From: the human T2T-CHM13v2.0 reference genome, Homo sapiens
Assembly: GCF_009914755.1 (NCBI RefSeq)
Contig: NC_060940.1
DNA: 64,000 bases
Strand: one strand, 5' to 3'
Position 1 is the stretch's first letter, and every line of letters starts with the position of its first letter. The translations under genes were made by a program, and so were the position numbers. A model generated the notes under the pieces. That model was not told the DNA's origin. It did no database searches and worked only from the letters and a program-made list of their open reading frames with translations. Positions 1-14,443 of this stretch are shown here, piece after piece.

Positions 1-1030
1 TGCATGTCTCATCTTTCTTTGTTAAAACTGGACATTTAGAATAATATATTAACTCCAGAAATCAGGTCTCCCTACTTCAAAGTGTGGTGGTGTTGATGTT
101 TATATTTGTGGAGTTGCCTGTTTGTTTAGCATCTTTCCTGAAAATTTTCTGTGAATTATGTATTCTTTGTCATAGGTGGCCATTGAGGTCTTTGCTGAGT
201 TAGCTTACTGGTCAGTTAATGATTGAACAGGAATTTACTTAAATGCTTTGAACGAATCAGTCTCCTAGCCTTTGCAGAGTTTCTCACTGTATGTGTTAGG
301 CATAACTTGAAAGCTCTCATAGGAAGTGCCCAATTCTACTTGAGCTTTCACTTCCTGCTTTTGTAGAGCATCCAGTTCAGCCAGAGGTGTGGGAGTATTA
401 GCTCAGGTCTTTACTTACTATAGGCCCACACCTATGTGTGTGCATAGCTTTCTGACTTTCCAGGAATATGTTGGAGATTTTCAGTGGCCCCCGTGGACAC
501 TTCATCCCCCAGGTTTAAGAAGATTTGTTTTAGGCAGCTGCAGTGTTAAATGGTTGCAACTGATTATTTCCTTTATATGCCTAGAAAAAAGGCCATTTGC
601 ATCTATGTGAGCTCTGAGGTCATTTAAAGAAAAGCTCTTAATGCCTGTGTTCAAGGAGCTGTCAGACATTCAAATAGTAACAGTTTACTAAGATGGTGAT
701 TTGGGGGAGTTCTAAAGCTGTTCTGTTCCTCCTTCATGTTGTTGCTAGTCTGCTGGTTTTTCATGTGTACTATGATTTTGTGGCTGTTGATATATAAACC
801 TACTACAGAGTTGGGGAGAAGGGTTGAGAATAGGGCAATTTCACATACCCCAAAGCTCACTCTACTTAGTGAGGTTTCAGCCATTTTTCTTGATTTAATG
901 CTCGGATCGTTGTATGCTCTTGTTGAATTTCCGGAGTTCTGAAAAAGTTTGATGAGTTTTGTCAATATTCTTACTGCTTGTGTGAACAATTGGATTTCCT
1001 GAGGCCTTTCCTCTGCTGTTCCGTGATTTG
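1..1030 (-). mobile_element. Probable old L1M fragment
   Basis: T-rich degenerate text (gttaaaactggacatt, aatttccggagttctgaaaaagtttga) resembling L1MC/MD ends; weak evidence. Confidence 0.4.
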
Positions 1031-1289
1031 GATTCCGTTTGTTTTTCAGTAATTATTGTTTATGTAACTTTATATTTGTACCTTCCCCTACTGCCAAAGA
1101 AAACCTTTTTATCCTGCAGTTCAGTCATTTTATAAGATCCATTAACCCTGGAGTCCCAGTGTGTTTTTTAACTGCCTTAAAAAAAATACTTTAATATGCT
1201 GCATACATTTTGCTACATTTAAACATCTATATACAACACTTTTAATGGCTGTCTGACATTCTGTAACATGTGTCAGAAATATACAACCA

Positions 1290-1448
1290 GGCTGGGTGGG
1301 GTGGCTCACGCCTGTAATCCCAGCACTTTGAGAGGCTGAGGCTGGTGGATCACCTGAGGTCAGGAGTTCGAGACCAGCCTGGCCAACATAGTGAAACCCT
1401 GTATCTACTAAAAATACAAAAATTACCTGGGAGTGGTGGTGCGTGCCT
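1290..1448 (+). mobile_element. AluS, 3'-truncated (left arm plus start of right arm)
   Basis: ggctgggtggggtggctcacgcctgtaatccc ... ends abruptly after gtggtggtgcgtgcct. Confidence 0.9.
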
Positions 1449-2926
1449 TTTTCTTTGCAGTATCTGTGTATTTTGAATCAGTTACTATTGACCACATATT
1501 CTCAGCCACCATGGGAATGAAGCTACTAATGATAAGATTAGGGGCTAACGTTAGTATTCATTTGTGTTTGATCTGCTAATAACATTCTTTGAGGATATTT
1601 TTTCCAGTTCTGAAATTCCTTCATTCAGTATCCCCGTGTTGCCTGACTGGGAAGTCTTAAAAGGGAACACTTTAATATTTTTCTTTTTACTATATCATGA
1701 AAATTCTACTTGACTCACTTACGATTTTTAAAAATCTTTTAAAATTTTTTTAAAAATTCTTTTATGGGAATTTTTAAATCAAGTTATATTATTTGTTATC
1801 CAGTGGTATTGAAAAGTGGCTATTACTTTTTAGTTGGCTTTAGTATTCTGAGTCAGGCAAAGTTTGTGAATTTTCAGTAGAATTTTTATTATAATTACAT
1901 AAATTATCCATTTTTTCCCTAAAATCTTGAAATCCTGGGATGAAAGTTCTTTAGTATTGCATACGGTTCACTTGTCACCTGCAGGAGAGGGAGAATTCCC
2001 CAAGGACAAACTATTTTAATATTTTGAGCAGGAGGCAGATACAGTTTAGTTGAGAAAAGATTTATTCTTTGATTTTAATATGTCTGGAGTTTTTACCCAC
2101 AAATGATCACTATTTTAGGAAAGGGGTGGCTTTTTCTTCAATAAGGCAGAGCATTAAAAAGATAACTACTTTCTATCAGTGTTAAGAGATGTATAAATAG
2201 GAAAAAATATATGAAATAAGGTAAATCTATTTCAAAATGGAGAGAATTGGGGAAAAGCACTGTTTGAAGAGATGATGACTGTCAATCTGAATTGAACAAA
2301 ACACATCTTGTACAAAATACATAAAAATAACTCTTTTCTCCCCTGCCTAAGAAAACTCCTAGGGAACAAGAGATGGAAGGAACTTGGGTCCCTAAATGAC
2401 CTTATGGTGTTAATCCATTAATCTGCCCCACCGTGTGTTTTATGAGCTTTAAGGATTTTTTTTGCTAGCCGAAAACAACGCAATGATGAAAAGCACAAAT
2501 CTTTGTTCATCTTAAGTGAAATGCCCAACTCTTCATTATTCATCTTTAGATGAAGTGCACTCTGTTTGTCATTTATAGCTGTGAATGAAAGCCCCCATGT
2601 AGGGCTACACAGGGAGTTGTACCAGAGGACAGGTGAACAGCAAGCTTCAACAGTAGGGAACAGTTTATAAAAGCATAATGAGGAAGGGAGGGTTAGCTAG
2701 GTTTCTTGGGCTCCCTATGGATTAGCTAATTTGAGTACTTTCTGTGGCTCCTGTATACGGGTTTTCTCACTTTGTAGGATAGCTGGCCCTGGGGCAGTTA
2801 GGGTAGATACATAATGGTCCAGTGTGAGAGCTAATCCGGGAAGTGGTTGGGGTATAGATCTGCTACTCAAGAAGAACTAACCAGCCTCTAACCAGGGCCT
2901 CAAAATTGGGTTAAAAAAAATGACTA

Positions 2927-3224
2927 GGCCATCTGGGTGCGGTGGCTCATGCCCGTAATCCCAGCACTTTGGGAGGCCAAGGCGGATGGATATCTGAGGT
3001 CAGGAGTTCGAGACCAGCCTGGCCAACATGGTGAAACCCTGTCTCTACTAAAAATGCAAAAATTATCTGGGCATGGTGGCGGGCACCTGTAATCCCAGCT
3101 GCTCGCGAGGCTGAGGCAGGGAGAATTGCTTGAATCCGAGAGGCAGAGTTTGCAGTGAGCCGAGATCGTGCCATTGCACTCCAGCCCGGGCGACAGAGTG
3201 AGATTCTTCTAAAAAAAAAAAAAA
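2927..3224 (+). mobile_element. AluS, full length
   Basis: Dimeric Alu with A tail. Confidence 0.93.
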
Positions 3225-3339
3225 TTATTCACCGTTGCTGATAAGCTCAACCTTCAGTTCCTGGAGGTTGAGAGTTGGGACTGAAAGTTTCAATCCTGTA
3301 ATCATATAGCTGGTTTCCTTCCCAACCAGGCCCCATCGT

Positions 3340-3445
3340 CAAGAGTTCAAGGCTGTAGTGAACGGTCAGGGCACCACTGAACTCTAGCCCGAGTGACAGA
3401 GCAAGATTCCATCTCTTAAACAAAAAAGCAAAAAGAAAAAAAAAT
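3340..3445 (+). mobile_element. Old Alu/FRAM 3' fragment
   Basis: agagttcaaggctgtagtg...gtgacagagcaagattccatctc followed by an A tail. Confidence 0.7.
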
Positions 3446-3586
3446 AGCTTTTATTTTATGGTTTTTCAAGAAAAAATGAAAATGGAAATTGAGAAATACC
3501 ATGGAACAAAAATGAAAACACATCATATCAATACTTGTAGCATATAGCGGAAGTGTTATTGGTGAGCAGTTTTTAGCCTTGAATGT

Positions 3587-4007
3587 TGTATTAGGCCGTT
3601 CTTGCATTGCTATAAAGAAATACCTGAGACTGGGTAATTTGTAAAGAAAAAAGGTTTAATTGGCTCACAGGTCTGCAGGCTCTATAAGCATAGCACTGGC
3701 ATCAGCTCAGCTTCTGGAGAGGCCTCAGGGAACTTTTCCTCAAGGCAGAAGACAAAACAGGAGAAGGCAAGTCACATGGCCAGAGCAGGAGCAAGAGGGA
3801 GTGGGGAGGGAGGTGCCACAGTCTTAAACCACCAGATCTCATGAGAACTCACCCACTATCTCTAGGAAAGCACTAAGGGGATGGTGCTAAACCATTTATA
3901 AGAAATCTGCCTCCGTGAGTTACTCGCCTCTAACCAGGTCCCACCTCCAACACTGGGAATTACAATTCAACATGAGATTAGAGGGGACACACATCCAAAC
4001 TATATCA
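3587..4007 (-). mobile_element. MST (MaLR) solo LTR
   Basis: tgtattaggccgttcttgcattgctataaagaaatacctgagactggg ... catccaaactatatca. Confidence 0.88.
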
Positions 4008-4413
4008 CATGCAGATAGTAGAAAAGAGTTATGATGGAAAATTGATAAGTTAAATATTAGATTTTAAATGTTAGGAAAAGTATGCCTTAGTAAACACAAA
4101 GCAAGTAGAAGGAAGAAAGTAATAAAGATAAATATAGGAATAATGGTATCAAATATAAAGGTAGGATAGAGACTCTCAAAACCAACAGCTTTATTTTTTA
4201 AAAAAGATTAACAATATAAACTGACCTCTTAAAAAATTTACCAAGCAGATAAGGAAGAGTTAAACAGAGAAACAATATTCACAATGAAAAGGAGAACATA
4301 ACTGTAAATAAGTAGAGATTAAAAGAGAAAAAAGGAATCTTCTATAAGAAAGTGCACGGCAATAAATTTTAAAACTTTCCAAATGGAATGTGTTCTAGAA
4401 ACACCATAATTTA

Positions 4414-4840
4414 CTGTTTTGGGTTGAATTATGTCCCGTCAAAATTCATACATTGGAGCTGTAGCCCCTGCTACCTCAGAATGTGACTATTTGGAGATAT
4501 AAACATAGTGTTTTAAAGGTAGGGTCTTTAAAGAGGTAAATTAAAATGAGGCCCTTGGGTGAAACCTAATCCAGTCTGACTGGTGTCCTCATAAGGGAAG
4601 TAAATTTTGATGTAGAAAGGAATACCAGGGGTGTGTGTGCACAAAGGAAAGGCCACATGAGGACAAAGCAGCAGGAGGATGGCCTTCTGCTAGCCAAAGA
4701 GCAAGGTCTCAGGAGAAACCAGACCTGCCAACACCTTGGTCTTAGACTTCCCACTGTCAGAACTGTGGAAAGAGAAATTTCTGTTACTTAAGCCACACGG
4801 ACTATGGTATTTTATATGGCAGCCTTAGCAAAGAAGTAGT
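4414..4840 (+). mobile_element. MLT1A/B-type MaLR LTR
   Basis: tgttttgggttgaattatgtccc, cctcagaatgtgactatttggagata, ctgccaacaccttggtcttagacttcc, taagccac motifs. Confidence 0.8.
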
Positions 4841-5452
4841 TACTGTAAGTGACTTAGAAAGAAATAGAATAATGAAATAGACTTATAACAGTTCTTAAGC
4901 TTTTTATTGTTGTTGTTATTTTTGTTGCCTCCAAGGAAGGGAAAACTATTTAATTTAAATTCTCCCTAATGTGAGAAATTAAATACTAAAGAGTAACATT
5001 TTGTTGGGTAGAATTGAGCTTTGAAGGGTCAGACCTTATTGTAATAGCTAAGATTTTTTTTGCCCCTTGCTCTCTTGAGAACCAATTTCACCTCCCTAGG
5101 AATGCATAATCAGTAGCCTTTGAAGAAAGTAAATCATTTTTCAGAAATCTTACTTTTTCTCTTCATCTTCTCCAAAAAGAGAATAGCTCTCTAGCTAGTT
5201 AGTTAATAGGCACATTTTATCAAAGCTTAAAGGAAGATATAACTCCTGCCTTATAAAATAGGAAAAGCTCCTCAATAAATTTTATGAGATTGGTATAATT
5301 TTATAAAAGTTGATGATGTTAGTATGAATAAATCAAATTTTAAACCAGGCTCAATTTTTTTTTTTCGTGTATTCTTTTGGAAACATGGAGAATGAGAATG
5401 TAAATGAGTCATGGATAAGGTATCATGTAAAGTTTCACTTGGCTACAAATAA

Positions 5453-5796
<344 letters not shown>

Positions 5797-6010
5797 AGGA
5801 TTTATTTTATACACAAAAAATGCTGGGGATTGGAAGTGTTTTCCTAGGCTTTAACAGTCATCAAGGATATGGATTCCTTTTCTATCCCTCTGCTGTATTT
5901 GGCATGAGACATTTATCCAAATAATCATAATATAGGTGGTATTCCTCTAGGTATCATGTCTACACTTGTATGTAAGAATCAAAAAAGAAGAGGCTTTAAA
6001 GAAGTTTCTT

Positions 6011-6148
6011 GGCCAGGTGCAGTGGCTCACATCTCTAATCCCAAGTCTTTGGGAGGCTGAGGTGGGAGGATCACTTGAAGCCAAAAATTTGAGACCAGCC
6101 TTGGCAATAAAGCAAGAACTCATCGCTACAAAAATCTTTAAAAAATAA
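6011..6148 (+). mobile_element. FLAM/AluJ left monomer
   Basis: ggccaggtgcagtggctcac...gggaggatcacttgaagcc. Confidence 0.85.
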
Positions 6149-6447
<299 letters not shown>

Positions 6448-6934
6448 TAAAAAACATACATATTTTTTAAGTTTCTAGAAGCTTGGTCCCATGACATCTG
6501 TATAATCTCATTGGCCAGAACTTGGTCACACAACCATTCCTGCTGCTGTGGAGCCTTATGAAGTTAAAAATCAGGGTTTTATTATCAAGAAAGGAAGAGA
6601 GACCAGATATTGGTGGTCAGTTAGCATCATGTGCCAGGACCAGGTAGTGTTTAATCTTAGAAATGCAAGGATGATTTAAAATGGGAACATCCGTTAGTGT
6701 AACTCATTACATTAGCAAATTAAGGAAGAAAGAAAAACCATATAACCATTTCAATAGGTGCATAAAACATATTTGGCAAAGAATTCATCACCTATTCATG
6801 AAAAGCATTCTAATAAAATGGAATTTTCTTAATCTAATAAAATATATCTACCAAAAATCTGCAGCAGATATCACATTAGAATCAGACCCTTTAGTTTGAG
6901 GGACAAGAAAAGGAGATACTGATTATATAAACTC

Positions 6935-7254
6935 CTTTTTTTTTTTTTTTTTTTTCCAGACAGAGTCTTGCTCTGTCACCCAAGCTAGATGGCAGTGGCA
7001 TGATCTCGGCTTACTGCAACCTCTGCCTCCTGAGTTCAAGTAATTTTCATGTCTCAGCCACCTAAGTAGCTGGGATCACAGGCGTGTGCCACCATGCGCA
7101 ACTAATGTTTGTATTTTTAGTAGAGATGTGGTTTCGCCCACCCAGTAGAGATGGGTTTTGCCCAGACTGTTTTTGAACTCCTGGCCTCAAGTGATCCGCC
7201 TGCCTCAGCCTCCCAAAGTGCTGGGATTACAGGGGAAAGCCACTGCGCCTGGCC
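6935..7254 (-). mobile_element. Alu with an internal ~22-bp duplication
   Basis: Antisense dimer; TSD taaactcct on both sides. Confidence 0.92.
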
Positions 7255-8138
7255 ACTAAACTCCTATTTAACATTGTACAGGTGACCTAGCCAAAGCAAT
7301 AAGGCAAGAAGTAATAGGTGTGGATGGCAATGGCAGAAATGAAAAAGTTTGCATTTCTAGTGAATTAAAATGAATTTCTAGTAAATTGAAATGAATTCTT
7401 AGATAAACTACTAAAAGTCATTAAAAATATAGTTGTAAAGCTGGATACATGATCAACATATGGAGAGCAATAATTTTATCTATAGAGCAGCAATAACTAG
7501 TCAGAAAATTGGTCTAATGTAAAGTAAATATTATACTCTAAAGTACCTGGGAAAGAACCTAATAGCAGATGGACAAAATTATAAAACTTGGATCATAAAA
7601 TGAAGATCTAAATAAATATTAGCATAAATAATGTCAATACACAAGAATGCTTAATAATGTAAAGATACTGATTCTTGCTATATTATTAATCTCTAAACTC
7701 AACAAAATTTCCGTAGACGTCTCAACAGATTTTTAATGGAATTTGAGAAACTCATCCTAAAATTTATTTAGAAGAATAAACTGTAAAATACACAAGGTGA
7801 TTTTGGAGAAGGAAAAATATGAAGGGAGACTTCCTTTACCTGATATAAACCCCATACATCCATGGAAATTCAACAATGTGATATTAGTATGGTGCTAGAC
7901 ATATTGTCAGTGGAACAGAATTGAGGGCCCAGAAATGACTTATATACACCCCCTCCCGACACACACATACGTATATGGAGTTAGATTTATGAAAGTGTAG
8001 GCTTTCCAGAGCCATAGGGTGACCTCTTCAATAAATGGATTTTCATTATTTTTATAAAAGATATTGGAAGCCACTTTTTATGTGATAATCAGTTCCCAGG
8101 TGTGAATTGTGAAAGGCACAAAGGTTATACTTTTAGAG

Positions 8139-8613
8139 CAAGGGTGTTCAAACTTTTTGATCTCAAGGTCCTTTATATTCTTAAAATTTTGAGAACCCGG
8201 TAGAGTTTTTGTTTGACCTTATATGCTTACATTTGTTTTGTGTGTGTTTACATCCCTTGATAGTTACTATATTAGAAAGTAAAAGATACATTGAGTGTAT
8301 TTATTTTATTAATTTTAAAATAATCCATTACAGGCTAACATAAATACTGTATTTTTAATAAAAATAACTTTTCCAAAATAAAAATAATTGAGTGAAAATA
8401 ATAGCATTGCTTTACATTTTTGGAAATCTCTAAATTTTGGCTTAATAGAAGACACTTGGATTCTCTACCCACTTTTGCCATCAATGTATTGCAATATTAC
8501 GTATATAATGTAGCCACTAGAAAACTCATGTTACGTTTGTGAGACAATGAGAGGCAAAATAGTTTTAACTTCATGGTCTCTTAATTTTCCTATATCACAA
8601 TCTGAGAACTACT
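8139..8613. mobile_element. hAT-Charlie non-autonomous DNA transposon
   Basis: Terminal gtgttcaaactttttgatctcaagg and tgagaactact; internal ggcttaatagaagacac motif. Confidence 0.6.
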
Positions 8614-9147
8614 ATTGGAGAGGAAATTTTAGGAGAGCATATGTTTCTGATTTCAGGGAAGGGAGGCTTTCTTCAGTAAGACATAAAAGTATAAAATGCA
8701 TACACACATAAAATCAATTTGATCCATTAAAGTAACAATCTGCTCATCAAAAAACAACAATAAACAAGGTGAAAAGAAAAGCCAAGACTTGAGAGAAGAC
8801 ATTTGTAACACAGGTATCTGACACAAGATATGTATCTAGAATAAAGAACTATTACTTATCAATTTAAAAAACCCTCAATTTAAAAAACAGGAAATTAGGA
8901 CCCCTAATTAGGGAAATTCAAATTTAAACCCCGATCATATGCCACTTCACATGCATCAGACTTGTGTAACAAGAGTTAGATAACCCTACTTATCAGTGAA
9001 GGATACAAAGCATTGATAATTCTCTGCCCTCTTGAGGTGGGCATAAGTTCTTGTAACTAATTTGGAGAGCAATTTGACAATATCTAGTAAAATTGAAGGT
9101 GCACTTGGTGTACAATTCACCAGTTCAGCGTTTAGATGATACCCTAG

Positions 9148-11017
9148 TGTTATGGTGTTATGGGATCCTTGGGGTGTTGCTTTTCTGGCCAGAAACCTCT
9201 GTGGCCAGTGGCACCTTTGCCCAAGTTTTGCTCCAGTCCACTGGGCTCATTCCACTTGGCTCATGCTACCAGGCTGGATCCCATGCCTGCCAAGGATGAG
9301 CCAGATGTGGAGTGGTGAGGGGTGTATGAGCAAGTGTAGGGTCTGGACACTGCACAGTCAAATATGCTAGCTGCTGCAACGGAGTGGGCAGCTCTAGGTG
9401 TTGGCATGGGTGCCAGCTCTCTGTGAGGCTGCAGCTGGACCAGGTGCACTGTAAGCAGCTTCCACAGCTGGCACTGGGGAATGCAGTGGCACCCAGAAGC
9501 TTGGAGATGTCAGGAACCACAGGACCCCAAAGAGGGAGTCAGCCCTGGCTCAGGGAGCTCCCACGTCTGGGCTCCCCAAAGGGCCACAATGTGGCAGGCA
9601 AGGGGCACGTTTCAGCCCTATTTGTGTTACAGCTCTTTTAGCCCCACCATTTTATGGGTCCCATGTTCTTGTCCTGTGATTGGGAAGAGTGAGGTATGCA
9701 GTCAAGTGGAGGGTGAGCAAAATGAAGAAGAGCTTTATTGAGCAGTGGAACAACTTAGAGGAGACCTGCAGTGGGTAGCTTCTTTCTGCAGCCAGGTTAT
9801 CCTGATAAGTGTTCAACTCCTAGCAGGGAGGAGACCATGGAGTGGGAAGCTCCCCTCTGCAAGCAGGTCATCCCATCATCTCTGCAGCTCTCAGCAGAGA
9901 GGAGTTTCTGGAGTGGGTTGCTCCTCTCTGCACCTGGTTGTCCTGACATCTGCAGTTTTTAGCAGAGAGGAAGCCTTGGAGTAGGTAGCTCCTCTCTGCA
10001 GCTAGTCATCCCGATGCCTGCTCAGCTCTGGCTGAGCCTGGGGCTTTTATGGGCCTCAGGGGTGAGGAAGTGCATGCCCATTGGTCCATAGGCAGGCTCA
10101 AAAAAGGCACCACACGTTCTCACCCCAGTCCACAGGACTGGCAGTCCAGCCGCCAGCCTTCAGGCCCTCCCTGGCCTGAAAGTGGGGCCTCACCAGGAAC
10201 CTGCCCCCTTCTGCCCAGGAACCTGTCTGCCTCCTGCCTGTTCATGGCACCTAGGCTGTAGGTGCCAAGAGGGCCTGCAGGCCAGTGCCAGGCCGCCCTC
10301 AACCCTGCCTTGGCTTCCCTTAGGTGTTCATCAATGCCCAGAGTCTGGAGGGGGCCGAGGCTGCAGGGGGCTGGCATGTTTGCACCGCCCTGAGCATGTG
10401 CACACTTGGCTGGGCTGTTATAGCATCTGGGCTCAACCCTGACTTTGCTCCAAGATCATAGTGGGTACTGACAGCAGGGAGAAGCCAAGCATCAGTAGCA
10501 GGTACTTCCAAGCCTGCGAGGGCAGGGAGGGGGTTTCTTGGGCCCCCAAGAGTATAGAGATGCCTGGGTCTGCAGCCACAGTTTGGGCAGCCACAGCTGT
10601 GCCAGAGGTTCAGGGCTCCTGCCTGCTCTTGGCACCCCCAAGAGCACAGAGAGACCTGGGTCCACAGCCACAACTTGGGCAGCTGCAGCTGCACCAGGGA
10701 GGGCGGGGCTCCTGCCTGCTCTGTGGAGCAGGAGGCCTGGGCCCACAGCCACAACTTGGGCGGCTGCAGCTGCACCCAGGATGGTGGGGCTCCCCCCTCC
10801 TCCCAGGCCCCAAGAGTACAGAGATACCCTGGTCTTCAGCTGTGGCTTGGGCGGCTGCAGTGGCATCTGGGGAGCTCCCACCCAAGCTCGGAAGGGGTGG
10901 GACTCCCTCCTGTTCCTGGCTCCCGCCAACCCCACAGAGCATGCAGCCCGGGTGTACCTACCTGCTGCAGCTGGCGTGATAACAGCAGCCACTCCAGATG
11001 GCCCACCGCTGCCATCA
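9148..11017 (-). mobile_element. MER52-family solo LTR (ERV1), GC-rich, with internal tandem repeats
   Basis: Termini tgttatgggatccttggggtg and gctgccatca; 4-bp TSD ctag at 9144-9147 and 11018-11021. Confidence 0.88.
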
Positions 11018-12795
11018 CTAGCTTAGAGCTTTCTTACTAGGGTACCACAGACAGGTTACAGATTTGCCATGGTAATGAGTCTTCATCCTAAAGGTGTTGG
11101 TGGGGCCTGGACTTAGCCATACCTCACTGGCCGATAACCTCTGGCTGCCAGGAGTCTTGTCCAGTTACTTCAATGTATGTATAGAAATAATATTTCTATA
11201 TGTACCATGATGTCAAAATGATTGGGAAGCTCTTTCCTAGAGACATACTAAAATTTCATTGCAGCACTGTTGCATTAAAAAACTGTTATGGTAGGATTTT
11301 AATTCATAAATGTAGAAATAAAGAGGGAAATAGAAAATAACCTTTAGGCAAGAACTGGTGATAATTAGTGTAAACAAGATCCACTGATAAATGCTGAAAT
11401 TAGTACATAAAATTATGAGGAGAAACAGGATTTATACATAGTTCCAAAGCATTTCCCTCAAGATATTTATTAACTACCAAGGGAAAGGTGATAACATTAC
11501 AAAGTAGGAGCTACTATAACTAAGTGATCATGGTTGTTACCACCAGCAAGAAGATACATTGACATCATGAATCCTGTGCTATGGTGCTTTAAGAAAGTCA
11601 CAACATTATTTCTATGATATTCTTGCCAAAAATGCATTACTTTTGTCCATTCATGGGAAAGTATTAGACAAATCAAAATTGAGGGACATGTGGCAGAATA
11701 ACATAAAATTTATTGAGGTCATAAGAAATGAGGAATGAGTGAGGAAGAAATAAGCTAAGGAGAAATGACAGTGAAATACAAGGAGGACTAAAATTACTTC
11801 ACTTTGGGTATCAGGGAGAGAGTTTTTGAAGTAAATCAAGGTTACGCAAAGCTTTGTTGTTCCTGAGCAGTTACTCACTGCAGGTAGGGCTCGGTTACAC
11901 TAAAGAGTGTGTGAAATCATAAAAACCTTAAGCATTTAGCTGTACAAGACACAGGGGAGAAGACCTTTTAATCAGCACTTACCTTCATTAAGACAAATTA
12001 ACTGACAAATATCTTTTTGAAACTTGGGGAAGAGAAATCCTGAAATGTTTCTAGTGGTAAAGGAACAGTAAATGGAAATCATTTGTATAGTACCCAGTAT
12101 TACTAATTTAACATGTATAACAAAAACTTCCTTTAAACTTAGCATTTGTGCTTGGTCTGAATTGTTTTACTTTAGTGAACATTCAGTGGTCATTTATAAA
12201 CTCAGTATCTCCTTATCTAATTTCTCCATAATAAATTTCTTGTTAACAAATTATATTACCATAGATGTTTTTAGGAGCCTATCCCTCAGAATTGAGGAGT
12301 TACTATACAGTTTGGTTATACTGATTTATTATACTGATTGTTTTTAGTAACATATGGAGAGAGAGTTAAATAATTGTTTGCTTTTGGAGTTGCAGTGAAC
12401 TAAAACTGTATTTTATACAATATAAGTCCCGCTCTATCTCTAACTTGTTTCTTAGCACACACACCTTAAATTTTATAAAGTCCATTAAGATTTTGATTTT
12501 TAGTGCAATACTTACTCTAATTCAATCTCAAACGTTATTGTTGTATTTCATTTAACTCTGTTTTGAAAGTATTTCAGATATTTGCATTATTGTCTTAATG
12601 ATACTCTTAAAACATACTGAAAACACCACAGATGACATTTGGATCTGACTGTTCTAGCTCTTTCCAATTAGAAATATTTCTCTACATACTTTTTGCAGAA
12701 GTGGATATCAAAGGTACATGCTTTCAAAGCAAGGTAACAGAAATTAGAAATTGGTATGAAGATGCAACAATGGGCTAACAACATTGAGTACATAA

Positions 12796-13172
<377 letters not shown>

Positions 13173-13277
13173 TAGCTAGCAATGTTATACTTCCTCAAGA
13201 GGCCAGTTCTTACTAAATCATAGTATTATTTGTGTGAGAACTACAAGAAGTTTACATTTCTGAGCTCAGAGAAGTTA

Positions 13278-13594
13278 TACAGGACCACAGTTTCTTATGT
13301 GAAAAAACATTTAGAACCAAATATGTTTTCGATTTCAAAACTTGCTGGATTTAAATAAAAGTAATACTGTTTTGATACCTTTTATTATATAGTAACCCCA
13401 GCATGGCTTAGGGCAGAATCTGCACATTAATATTTTTGCAGTAAGATGTATACATATTCACACAAAGTGAGGAACATAAGGCAGCTAATCTCATCTCAGT
13501 TCTGGGTTTTGCTGACAAATGAGTTAAGAAAAAACAATTGGATTTCAGAACTTGTGGCATTTTAGAATTGCAAATAAGAGATGGTAGACCTGTG
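13278..13594. mobile_element. TcMar-Tigger-type MITE
   Basis: Degenerate terminal inverted repeats tacaggaccacagtttcttat / ataagagatggtagacctgtg. Confidence 0.5.
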
Positions 13595-13993
13595 TACTAG
13601 TTAGAGGTGAGAAAAAAAACACACTTGGAACAAAAATTAAGAGCCGTGGTCTTGGCTCTAAGTATAGTGAGAGTTAGGAGAAATTAGAGACTTCACTAAG
13701 AAAAGTTTTGAACGGGGGCTGAAGGAAGATTCATAGAAAAGTGTTTTCATTTGGAAATGAGCAAGACTAATGGCCATCCAGCCCAATTAGAACCCAGGTT
13801 CCTGTCGGAGGATTGTGGAATAAATAGAGTTCTGTGGGGACAGGGTGGGAAGATTATATAGAGGATTTGAATGTCAAATATGAGAATTGTAATACTCTGT
13901 CAGAATTCACGAAACTTTTTTGATTAAAGAAGCAATGTGAAAAATAGCAGCCTTCCTGTGGAATGAATATGGGGTTAAAAGGAAACATAGTAG

Positions 13994-14443
13994 TGTCAAA
14001 AGACAAAATTGCAACAATTCAAAAGATCTAATTGACTTATTAGTGACTCATGAATCAGTGGCGTTTCTTCCAAAGATCTAGCAAAGGCTCTCCAATGAAT
14101 TATGCTTAAGAGGTTGGCTTCATAGGCAGAAAAGGGCTGAAGAAAGCAGAAACAGGGAACAAAAAGCTGATTGGTTGTTTCAAAGTTACTTTCCTTATAG
14201 GATTAAAGTAGAAAGGACTTCTTTATCATGCCAGCTCAGGGAAACTGGGCCCCTTCTGATTGGCTGCTGTGAATCTCCTGCTTTTGTTTGTTCGTTTTTC
14301 TTCAGAAAACTGGCCCTTTTCAATGTTCAGTTTGACTGTGTGTCACCTAGCATAAGTGACTCCATTCTGGTTTGGTCTGGTTTCTTGGGCCTACTGCAGG
14401 AGCTCAGTCCAAATCAATGTCCTCATATAAATTTTATTGAACA
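13994..14443. mobile_element. ERV1 solo LTR (MER31/MER67-like)
   Basis: TG...CA termini (tgtcaaaagacaaaattg ... ttattgaaca), 4-bp TSD gtag at 13990-13993 and 14444-14447, length 450 bp. Confidence 0.75.

Larger units (their letters stand above)
6650..9120 (+). mobile_element. Old L1M ORF2 remnants interrupted by an Alu and a hAT element
   Basis: A-rich degraded ORF2 text (aaatgcaaggatgatttaa, cagtggaacagaattgagggcccagaaat, tttggagagcaatttgacaatatctag). Confidence 0.6.

Noticed and set aside
2330-3340. Possible MLT1J and MER21-like LTR fragments around the Alu
   Set aside because: Motif resemblance only; boundaries and family cannot be supported without a repeat search.
10320-11040. Several overlapping 110-172 aa ORFs on both strands
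   Set aside because: They lie in the GC-rich tandem-repeat part of the MER52 LTR, are low complexity and resemble no protein I recognise. Stop-codon scarcity explains them.
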